A DNA stretch of 51,855 nucleotides, filler included, from Dimargaris cristalligena (taxonomy: Eukaryota): NCBI GenBank assembly GCA_003614675.1. It is 2 parts of 2 records of this genome, joined end to end, with 100 filler letters (N's around TTAATTAATTAA, not from the genome) between each part and the next. Parts side by side here need not be neighbours in the genome. Positions count along the whole stretch, not along the records: positions 1 to 25,895 come from ML002552.1; positions 25,996 to 51,855 come from ML002553.1. One strand, 5' to 3'. Below the pieces are notes generated by a model. The model was given only the letters and a program-made list of their open reading frames with translations. It was not told the DNA's origin and did not search any database. The first letter of the stretch is position 1, and each line of letters begins with the position of its first letter. Made by a program: the position numbers and the translations under genes. Of the stretch, positions 25,252 to 36,061 are shown piece after piece.

Positions 25252-25572
25252 ATGCACACTTTCCAATCCTTCAGCATTTCTTGTCAAGTTATGTGCATCG
25301 CTCTCGGCAGCCTGGCCCTCCTTGTTTTGACCACACAACCAGCTACCATGGTGCCCTGCCATGTGTATGGCCCCACTGAGGTTCACTCCCTGCAAATGCA
25401 CTGTAGGAGTCCATCAGTGAAAAACACGCTCAAAAAATTTAAGAGTAAAATTTCTAACAAGGTATCTAATATAAAAACTAAACTATCTCATAGTATTAAA
25501 GGTATAAAAAAGTCCGATGGGTCAAAGGCTGATAATAATGGCCCTATTGAACCACCAGATTCACCTACTTAG
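25252..25572 (+). CDS. Small putatively secreted Lys-rich protein (106 aa) with a cationic amphipathic helix; may be decaying
   Basis: Hydrophobic N-terminal segment (VMCIALGSLALLVLTT) followed by three 11-residue repeats with regular hydrophobic periodicity. No family recognised. Confidence 0.55.
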   Translation: MHTFQSFSISCQVMCIALGSLALLVLTTQPATMVPCHVYGPTEVHSLQMHCRSPSVKNTLKKFKSKISNKVSNIKTKLSHSIKGIKKSDGSKADNNGPIEPPDSPT

Positions 25573-25895
25573 TCTAAATAACGTGGTCTTTGGTTGGTGA
25601 GACTGGTTTCATTTGTTAAAAGACGGTACCACCCACAATATAATTATCTTTTCATCTCGAACAGGTTTATTGCTCTGTTAGAATTCATCCACATCCAGTG
25701 CTGCATTGCCTATACATTCTTTGGCTAATTCATCTGCTATATTGATGTCAGCCACCTTCTCTTTACCCAGTGAGTTATAACTCATTTCAAATTATTTACC
25801 ATAAAATTTTTGGTATAATTCAGCATTCAATCAGCACCAGTGTAAAGAACTGAACTCAAATCCTTGAAAACTGAACTTTATTTGAAAAGATAGAT

Positions 25896-25995
25896 NNNNN
25901 NNNNNNNNNNNNNNNNNNNNNNNNNNNNNNNNNNNNNNNTTAATTAATTAANNNNNNNNNNNNNNNNNNNNNNNNNNNNNNNNNNNNNNNNNNNN
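25896..25995. other. Artificial assembly spacer: N44-TTAATTAATTAA-N44 (six-frame stop linker)
   Basis: Exactly 100 nt and symmetric. The palindromic 12-mer at 25940-25951 gives TAA in all six frames. Confidence 0.97.
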
Positions 25996-27318
25996 GGTTA
26001 AGGGCTATCAATGATGTTCGGCCTGGTTAGGGCCGGGGGGTATACTATGGTGCTATACGGCCTGATATGACGGCGGTCATATCGGTTGGATTAGGACGGA
26101 TTAGGAGGGGCGACACTCAGACTCGTCACCATAATTACACACAATCTCCGGAAAAGGGATCCAGGGCCTTCCATTTCCCCTATTCGATAGATTCACCCCA
26201 CCCAAATTGGTACCACTTACAGGTACTATTTCTATAATTTTATCGCATACCTAATAAGAGTACTAAATGCTTCAAAATAAAGGGCCGGGTTCATACTAAT
26301 GGGGAATAGTAAGCTACATTTATGCTTCATAAAATGCGGCCAAGGTACCACAGCTCTGCCGGCCCAACATTCCAACAGGTGGTACCTAATGTAACATCGG
26401 TCTCATGACCACCAGCCTATTGTAATAGTATTTAATGTGGCGCTACTCTAGGCTGCATGGGAGGGGGTCATATCAGTAGGGGCCTCACTAATCAACCCGT
26501 CGAATACTGGCGGAAAAACGGGCGAATCCCATTTACAGACCATAAAACAGTCGTTCCGACACCAGTGGACCTTCGCAGAGTAATAATCAGAAATGTAAAA
26601 AACCCCCAACCAAAAACAGCCTACCACTTTCTCGGACGTGTACTACGCTATTTACACAGATGATGAATGGATGGATTACATTCGGATTACTTTTCTTTAA
26701 TTCCTCTCCGTTCCCCAACCAATGTATTTTGTCGGCCCACTTGACACCCATGGCCTAAAAATCGTGGTTGTGTGTGGTGTACATACATATATCCACCACC
26801 GAATATATGGATGCTGTAGTCGATTAGCCTAGTATTACCTAACGGGCCACATACCCTCCTCGTCGAAAGGACCTTGGGTTAATATGTTGGTGTAACTTGA
26901 GGCTGGCCGCCATTTAGGTAAATGACCTCCAAACCATCCGGCCCACCCGTGTCGAGCTGGCCCATTCCCCCAATAGTTCTGTACCCAAGGTGAAGGTCTC
27001 TTCCTTTAGCGATGCGAGCTTCCAGAAACTTACAAATTGTGCGACGTGCCGTTGGGGAAGAGGGATATATTCTGTGGGTGTCACTGTAAACCCTCATACT
27101 CTTGTTCATAACGATACCCCTTATATATTCGACTCTACGGCGCCTGTCCATCCGGATATTAATCTTTAATTGCCGCTTACTTAAGTAGTCCATATCACCA
27201 TTGATTACTGTAGCATTCTGCTTTTACCCAAGTGATATTTCTTTTTACCTCACCCAATCTATCCTAATCCACCCTTGTACCTGACCCTGGGCTTTACTAT
27301 CAATATCAAATCGTTTCG

Positions 27319-27987
27319 ATGCGCATTTCCGTGAACCACTGCTTTCTGGGGCTGTGTCTGGGCGCCGGATGGACCTTGTTCACTACAGCTCGCCCCACCG
27401 AGCTGGCCGAAGACTATGACCTCATCATGCCCAGCGACTGGGAGGGCTGTGCCCTTAACCTCGAGTCCCCATCCCTATCATCGTCCTGGTGCCTAATGTC
27501 GTCCCAATGGGATACCGACGACTCCACGTCTCTGCAGGCCAACGACTACATCATCGATATGACAGAGGACGGGCTACTATCCAGTGGTATTGAACCCGAC
27601 TGGGATGGCGGCGTCCGAAACCTCGTCGATTACGTTAGTCAAAGTGCCGTCGGTGGGGCCTTTCCGGAGGCTATCCCAGCGCATGACGGTGGCCCCCCTA
27701 GCGCATTGGTAAATATGCGCAAGGCCCAACACCATATGGTCAACAAGGCCATGCGAAATAAGCAATATGTGCTGCGATTTTACCGCAAGCACTCGAACAC
27801 CGACTTGGAGGTCGATTTCCTCTTGAATGACAAGCTTCAGTTGGCCACCATCAAGGATTGGAAGACCTTGTCAACCATCCAGGTATTGGTCCTAATGAAC
27901 CCGATGACAAACCCGGAGAAGTTCTTGACTAACCTTAGGGCTAGCATTGAGGCGAGTAAAGCGGACGAAATAATCACCGTAGACTAG
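27319..27987 (+). CDS. Orphan secreted protein (222 aa)
   Basis: GC-rich single ORF in AT-rich surroundings. Signal peptide-like start (MRISVNHCFLGLCLGAGWTLFTTA|RP), acidic middle, basic and helical-looking C-terminal domain. No family recognised. Confidence 0.75.
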   Translation: MRISVNHCFLGLCLGAGWTLFTTARPTELAEDYDLIMPSDWEGCALNLESPSLSSSWCLMSSQWDTDDSTSLQANDYIIDMTEDGLLSSGIEPDWDGGVRNLVDYVSQSAVGGAFPEAIPAHDGGPPSALVNMRKAQHHMVNKAMRNKQYVLRFYRKHSNTDLEVDFLLNDKLQLATIKDWKTLSTIQVLVLMNPMTNPEKFLTNLRASIEASKADEIITVD

Positions 27988-30841
27988 TTAGAACATTCAT
28001 TCCATATAGGCATGTACCCCAGTGGGGCGATGTACTATTAGTTTAGCCTCTAACCCTGCATCCCTAGACTCAAGGATCCCCAAACTGCTCCCCACCAACC
28101 CTCCCCCCGCCTTCTCTACACAGTTGCTACTACTACCCTCCTATTATGTTCCAGGATGTTGGAAAGAAGTGGTGAGCATAAAATATCCGGGGGAGTTGCA
28201 AAGAAAAATCAGTCATCAATAAACCAATATTACCCTATCTTACTCTTCCGTATTTCTCAGCCTTGCTTTGTATGATTCCCCGATTCACTCAACTTGGCTT
28301 ATCAGCTACAATAAATACAATCAGGGTAATCGCTCTACCTTGATAAACCTCACCCCAACCTAGCCCGTATCCTGCTGTATCCCTTCTCCGCCGGTAACCC
28401 TCTTTTTCTCGGTTATACGAGGGGAGCAGGACATCACTTCCATATCAAACATACCTGTGTTCTTGGTGCTAAACATTTGTATACCCCGGTTTTGTATTTA
28501 CTTTACCATCTATATCTCCCCGCAATCCTTATCAGTACCCCCATTATGTTTTTCATATTGAGTCAATTTCGCCTAAAACAGGTGAGTAAGTGGACCTATA
28601 TTCGACCCCATTTCTAAAGTATACTCTGATGGCCTAGTTTGGCCAACCCTAGTTATAGGCAGCTCCCTTGGATTGGCCCTAAAATCAACCAATGACCAAA
28701 AAGGTAAAATGCCTTTTAACATATATATATTTGAATGTATATGAGAATGGTCCAAATGTCGCAGTAGGAACTCGATTAATTCCCAACTTGCATATGTAAG
28801 GGAGAAATGCTTATTTCTAGTTACTTGTTTAGCTCGTTTATCATTTACTGTATTGGGATCCAGAAACAAATGGTTCCAAATTTCAGCTGTTTATATCTCA
28901 CCGGATTATTATAATTGCGTGTTATTCATTTCTCAATGGGTAGTAGCCGCGTTGATTTATTATAGCCGTGCATCGGTAGCCGCCTATGTTAAACTCCCCC
29001 CTCCTTCAAAAAAAAATAACAGCAAAGAATGATCCTATTAGTATTGCTGACTGAACGCGATAATTTAAAGGATTATTACTTAAATCACAGTAAAAGAGAG
29101 GGAGTAACATTCTATCAATGGGGCACTCTAAGTAGTTACAAATAATAACTGCCTAATAAATCTGCCAATAGGTGCGGATCTATTTTTATGAGTTGGATTC
29201 GCATTAAGAAGCACCGTCGCATCCCAAACCTCCGCTCTCTACTGCTCCGACTGATTTGCCTGAAAAACCATCCCCACCTCTCGTTATCGCTAATAAAATA
29301 GGGATATTGCTTTGAAGCGGAGCTAGTGACTAGCTCTGCAACCACTCACCATAACCATCCTTTTTTTTACCCCGAACATCTCTTCTCTTTATGGTCTCGG
29401 ATAAAACATACTGGGCCGATTAAGGTTAATGGAAACACCATTCCATAAAAAAATCACAGAACTATAATTATTTTGGAGACTACTGCCGTTATCGCCTTTA
29501 TTGGCGATTGTAATGATATGGGCATTCTTCTCATTCTCACTTACACTCCTTCCCCCACTCCCATTGTTGCCGCTATGCCCGCATGTTCATAGAGGAGAGT
29601 CATTCTCGTTTGGGTATTAAACCCACCCAATTTTATGAAACATAAGGCTTGGGAAGGGAGGTAAATTCTAGAGTAGATCCCTTGGCTCTGGGTTCGCGAT
29701 CCATCTGGGAAAAATTACTCTATACTTTCAATTACGAAACAATCACGTAAGCCAGTAGTTTCTTTTGTAGGCGCATTTTCTCGCTCACCGTATTTTCAAG
29801 GCGGGGTGTGTTTCATCCGACTGTATGTTCTCTGGGGTTATAAAGGAGAGGCCATCACCGAATATGACTTGGTTTTACTGACCCTCCGGATTAGGCATAT
29901 TTCGCAGTATATCGTTGAATACTTTTTTTATTAAACCTTTTTTAATCTTGCTTCGCCCTTTATTCCCATCCCAAACGACTAACCCGGTAATACCTTTCCA
30001 ACAAAAATCGCCCGAATACCCAGGCCACACACCCTTACTCACTCACCGAGTCACTCATTTTCCCCACCCATTCCACCCCAGAATCATCTTTAAATCGATG
30101 GGTTGGGACCCAAAACAAAAATAGACAACGGTGAGGCGGGGGAATTGATTTGAATAATTTACACTTACTTATTATCTATTCACACTGGCAAAGCGGGTGT
30201 TGGTTGGGTACCAATCGCTGATGAGCTTCCGAAATTGGACTGAAGCAGGGCCCGAAAGTGGGATCCGCGGTTTTACTAAATTTGGAAATAAACCATTCAG
30301 TTGTTTGTCAGCCAGTCCACCTAGAGTATTTCAGGTTTCCAAGCAAGTAGATTCCGGGCTTTATAAAAAATTTAAAATAAATGATCTGCGATAGTGAGAA
30401 CTGGTGGATGGTCAGCGTATCCCAATCGGAAAGGGAACACTCCAGCCAGCGAGGCTTCTAGACAAATAGTCATAGTAATGGGAGGGGGATTTCTCAGGGC
30501 CCTCTCAACTTAAAAAATCATCCGGTGAACTGTGGGGGTAAGAGGGAACTCAATTCTCTCCGACATTGTATACGAAAAGGTTGATTATCATTCTACGATT
30601 GGTTTATTAAATACAAACGACTGTATCGGTGAAAGAAAAATATAAAAAGTAAAGCAAAGCTCAGAGGCGGGGGATTCACTGCCAAATACCCCCAAGGATC
30701 CCAAAGTTGACCGGGATTATGGGGCCAATGCGCTTGAATCAAAAGATGATTGGCAAAATTAACGATTCCGTGTCACTGACTAGACCCAACGACAAACTAA
30801 ACAAAATGATCCGATCCGGGGAGGAAGGGTGTGGGACCCTC

Positions 30842-33800
30842 CTAGAGGTTCAAGAAAGTGGCCGCCAGCGACGGGACCGGGTTGCCTGTAAGGCTGGATA
30901 AGCTGAATCCCTTGCTACCGGCCTCTTCGGCGCTACCCGCGATATCAATGTGGGTGTAAGGGATTTGTTCGGCGGGGGGCGCTGTGTTACCGTGCCCACG
31001 GAGACCGGCGGCCACTATGAGATAGGCCGCGGGGTACATGTGCCCACGCGCCGTGGCCGACGAGGCTTTGTGGTCCGTTTGGCACACGTCCTCCCGGTCA
31101 CTGCCAGGGGCAATAGTGGCGAAATCCTCGGGACGGAGGCGGGAAATTTCGTACGGGTCGCCCCAGCGGGCTCCGGCGTCAAATAGACGCTCAGGAACCC
31201 CTGCGCTGATGGCTGGTCCATTGGATAGGAAGGCCCCGTAATGGCCGTAGGCTCGAATGACGTGTCCGGTGAGGGTAGCCACGGTATAGAGCTGGTAACG
31301 CAGGGGGGTGGTGGAAGGCTGGTCCTTTTCGATGGCACGCCGGGCCACGACCTTTTCCCGACACTGAGCAAGGAGGTCGGTCATAATGAGGCGTCCCTCG
31401 GCATCGGTGTTGCCTATTAGGACCCGAACACCGGCCCGGGAGTAGATGACTTCGTCGGAGAGGTAGCCGTCGGCGCCAATACTGTTGCGCACAAAGGCCA
31501 GTTCGGCGGTGACCTTGAGATGGGACGGGGCCAGTTCCGCAATGGTACGCATTACACCGGCCACCGACGTAGCACCGAGTTTATCACGCGACATGCCTCG
31601 CATAGCGCCGTTGGCTTTGACATCGATACCGCCGGTGTCGTACGTGACACCCTTACCAACCAGGTAAATGTGGTCAGTAATGCCGGTGGGATCAACCGGA
31701 GAGTATTCAATGGTGACAATACACGGGTGGTGGCGGGGCACGGCTAGCGACGCACGGGTCACCGCATGCAATAGGGGGTATTCTTGCTTGATCGTGTCGG
31801 TATCAGTCTGAACGTGAATTTTTACATTGGGTATGCCAGCGAAGGCCTCTTGGATGTAGCTGGCACAGTTGAGCGGGGTCATTTGTTCAGGATCGCCGTA
31901 GCCCATATCTATCGGTCAGTAAGCCCCAAAAAGGAAATTCCAGCATTGAATCAAGTAAGGACACGGATTAGTGGAAAGGTTCAACATGGAATGAATGGTG
32001 GTATTTGGCGAGGACTGGAGTTGGTGCCATATCGGAAAGACCAGGTATATACGAGGATCTTATAGTACGGCAATGGGAAGGTAAACACATAAAAAGACGT
32101 AACCAAATGATAATCCCTTGAGGACAGGGCTTCGTAAGACAAGTCATTGCCGAACAAAAACACATTTGATTGGGAATGGCAGAGGGAAAAGGGTGTGATG
32201 TGCTAAATCACCCATTCGTTATCGTATATTCCCCCAGGCGTTCGACAAAAAGAGTGGCATCTTCTTGTTCGGACTTCAAGGGAAAAATAGGAGGCAGAGA
32301 TCTAAACACCCGTAATAGTCGATACTAAAGAGGGATCACTTGGGGCGAATGTCATTCTAAATTACACTGTTGGTAGATATTTCCCCTGCCTGTATGTCCA
32401 AGTAATAGGGTTTCCCAGAGCAATCACCAGAATCCCACTAGGAGGACATAGACAACTGTTGATTACCTCCCCCCAACTTGGCAAGGGTGCAATAAGCCAT
32501 GTAATTGATTCCCATCAAATTGCCCGACAGGCACAGAAGCCCGTCGTAATATTCAAAGCGGCTTACCTAAATGCACCCGGCGACCGGCATCGATGGCCTG
32601 GACATTACGAACCAGGGATTCCTGGTCGGACTGGAAAGTCGATCCTTCAGCGTAAAAGGCAATCTCGTCGAAACGGTCGCCCAGCTGCTGGCTCTTGATG
32701 ACCTGATGACGGCGCACCACTAGCGTCACGTAGGACTCGGCAAGGACGCCCAGCAACGACACTTCCAGCCATTTCTCATAGCCCGGGAGCCGGGAAGGTG
32801 GATCAGCGAAATAATAGACGAGCCGGCGGGCCCCTGCCTGATGGGCTCGCGCCGCAGCGGAGCGGCAGGCGGCTGATGAGATGGGGGGGATATGGATTAG
32901 GTGATTAGCATATAAACAGGGGTATTCATTTAACAGACGGATCTTCCACTAGTAGAAAACAGTTGACCCAATTCCTTATGCAGGTGGCCGGGGCCGCCCT
33001 TGTGCGTCACAAGTATCGGCGGTATAGACAAGACGATGGGCGCCATCGATAGTTGCCCTATAATAATTCGATCAATCCGACAGAGCGGGGAAATAGTATC
33101 CGCGGGCTTTTTGACGATTGACTACCCCCCATCGCGCTCGATTGAGTGTCCATCCCACACCGCACCGACTTTGATCCCAGATGATCCCAAGTGACTGTGC
33201 GGCCCCCCCTCACACCCCTAGTCAGTAGATCGCCAGCAAGCCACCCACTGCACTCAGGGCCACTACCCTCTCTTGTTTCTCTCTTTTACAACCAACCGCT
33301 CTCTCTGGTCAGGTAAATTAAGTTGCACAAGGTCAAGTAACGGGTAGTGAACGCTGATCACTGCACAGCGATTTCACATTAACACCAGCCATCTTAAATA
33401 GGTGGAATCAATGTTTACGGCAACCCTATTTGGTATTCTTGCTGAGTGGGCATGACGGGGAGGCGGGGGGAGGGGAGAGAGGAATTGAGAAGTCCAGTGA
33501 TGATCGTGGCATAACGGAGGGGCCCATCTTCCCCTTTTGACGTAGTTATCCGATACTAGGCGACAAAGTGACCGCACCATCCATAGTACTACTACTAAAC
33601 TTACCTGTTAATTTGCGGACGTCGTCCGTATCGTCATTGAGGGAGCCAGTGGGACTGAGGATAAGGCGGGAACCGGGAGCCTGCTCGCTGTACACCAAGG
33701 TCGTCTGGGAGGTGGCGCTAGGGTCAATCCGCGCGGTGGACTTCAGGGCGTTGACAAAGGGATTCGCGCCGGCTAGGGTGAGGGCATGGTCGAAATTGGT

Positions 33801-33893
33801 GAATACCACTACCAGGGCGTCGTAGTTGCTGTGGGCAGCGCTATGCTCCCGGAAGGCAGAGTCGGTTAAGGGGGTCAATTTGGGGGCGTACAT
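30842..33893 (-). CDS. Peptidase M17 leucyl-aminopeptidase-family protein; 3 exons (33893-33605, 32872-32567, 31908-30842), about 553 aa
   Basis: M17 metal-binding/catalytic motifs LVGKGVTYDTGGIDVK, GMSRDKLGA, IGNTDAEGRL, VATLTGH and YTHIDIAGS. Two phase-1 GTAAG...AG introns join to give DDVRKLT-AACRS and DAGRRVHL-DMGYGDPE. Confidence 0.92.
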
Positions 33894-36028
33894 GGCGAAT
33901 GGGCGAGCTGGAGGGTGGAAGTGTAAGAGACTGGACTAACCGAAAAGCAGCGGGGAAAAGGATACGTACGGAAGGGTGTAAAGTAGGAAGTGGTGTGTGT
34001 GGTCCAGGGAAGTTATATCTAGGCTAGGAGTGTGTTACTCAGGCGGGCCCAACGTTGACACCAGGTGGACGTGGCGAATAGCAGTCGAACTAAGCCGGTT
34101 AAGGAGGCACGGTTGAATCAGAGATAAGGAAAGCTAGTAAGGAAGAGGGGACGTCACAGGGCCAATAATAGGGGAGGTAGGTAGATAGTAAGAGGGATTA
34201 ATGAAGAGGTGCTATTTTCGGGATACTCACGTAGCAGTCCAGGGGACCATTAACTACTATGAGCCCGGGTTGTTAATCAGCGCTGAGAGAGATCGATTGA
34301 GGTGATGAATAGGAGGACATGGAGTTGATTAAGTACCAGAGAGCCGGAGGGTCGGGGAGAGTTCAAACAACCGTTGGTAAAAGAGCGGATCACATATAAA
34401 CTAGGGCAGCAGCACCCGGCGGCTTTATATGGCCACGGTGATTCATTAATGGGGTTTGGGAGATGGCGCTGGCCGCAAATCTCCGACGCTTAGGGGAGAG
34501 TGGGAAGGACTTACCCGACTCAACGCTGAGAGCCGAAATAATGGAGCAGAGGGCGGACACCCCCCCTCTCTCGCTCTCTCTCTTCGCTCCCAGAAGAACC
34601 CAAAGGGATGCCAGTCAACGACATTGACCAAATGGGGGTGGAGTACGTTAAAGGAAGGGGAGGGGAGGAGGTGGATCACCATTACCACCCCTGCCCACAA
34701 CTGAACTCCGCCGTGTACGCTCAAGCACCCTCCCCCCCTTTCGGTTGCCCCTCATTTTCTCATTTCAGCCCGCATTAGTGTCAGTGTGCGTCCAATCCAG
34801 TCACGAACCGAGGCTGTTGGTGTCGTTTTTGGGTAAACACTCGTAGCCTGTTTTGGGCCTAGTCATTTCTATATTAGGCCACCGGAATGGATTCTATGGG
34901 ACGATATGGACTGTCTGCTAGTATACTCACTGACACTGCATTTTTGCAGCCCCTCGGGATTATCTGGACAAGGAAGGCACTTGCGGCAAATTTATCATAA
35001 GGCCCACCGGGAAAGGATTAGGGTCGCAGCCTGATAAAGCAGGATTTAGAATGTCTGATTGGTCCTGTTTAGGTTTCTTCCTCCTCGTCCTCCTCCAGAT
35101 TCCCCTGGCTGCTGCTGTCAGTGGGATGCTACAGATCTGTGCCAAGTCAACACGTATACTCGAATCAGCGGCCATGAGGTGGATCTGAACCACCCGCCAA
35201 CTCGCACTGTTACACCATGTAATTTAAATGATTCAATGAGTTTGATCCCTTCGATTTTACCAGTCGCCCCATTCAAACCCAACGTATTCAGTCCAAGACA
35301 CGGGCCTTGATCAGGGAAAAGGTGACTGGGATGCTGATTACGAGTTTGGCCGAGTGGTTTCAGGATATCTCCAGCTTTTACCCGACGTCCGCGGCGTTGC
35401 TGCGCAAGATCATGGGGTGACTACTTTCTAGGGAGGGGGACATTAGGCAATGTCGTTGCTTTGCATGGGGGCTCTGCGCTAGGTAATCCTAGAGGGGGGA
35501 GGCTTGCTTGCTTGGCTCAAGGATCTCCTCCGCACCTACTTTTCTTACGTATGGCTTTGGGGATTCATCGGAGGTGGCTAGAGCGACAGCGCTCGGATTC
35601 TTTATCATTTAAGGCACTGTGATAATACCAACGCCAGGGCCATTCGATGGGACGGAGGCGCAGCCGCCTTGTGGCAATGATCCTGCCGCTACATTATACC
35701 CATGCCTGCCATTGCCAGATACTATATTGGTTATTTACCCCTCGCCTTGACATAAGCAACGACGGAGAAGCTACACCGAGAATCCAGTTCGCCACAATCC
35801 CGACCTAGGATTAAATTTCAGCCGCAATTCACAGTCCGCCAATCCCCCTATTCCACTCAACCAGGTTCAATACATACCCGTCATTGTTTAAAGTCCATCG
35901 TTGGGCCATCTCATTTCTTTAATTATATACTCTTCGAATTGGTCGATCGTGTCACCTCTCCAACTTCAGTGAAATACCCCTTCATTCCTGTTAGTACACT
36001 TTGACGATTCGCCCCCCGTCACTGGGAA

Positions 36029-36061
36029 CTCTCTCTCTCTCTCTCTCTCATTCTCTCTCTC
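36029..36061. repeat. (CT)n microsatellite, interrupted
   Basis: Long ctctct run interrupted by 'att', seen directly. Confidence 0.85.

Noticed and set aside
25996..26110. Telomere-like words (GGTTAAGGG, GGTTAGGG, TTAGGA) right after the gap
   Set aside because: Scattered, non-tandem and degenerate; not a telomeric array.
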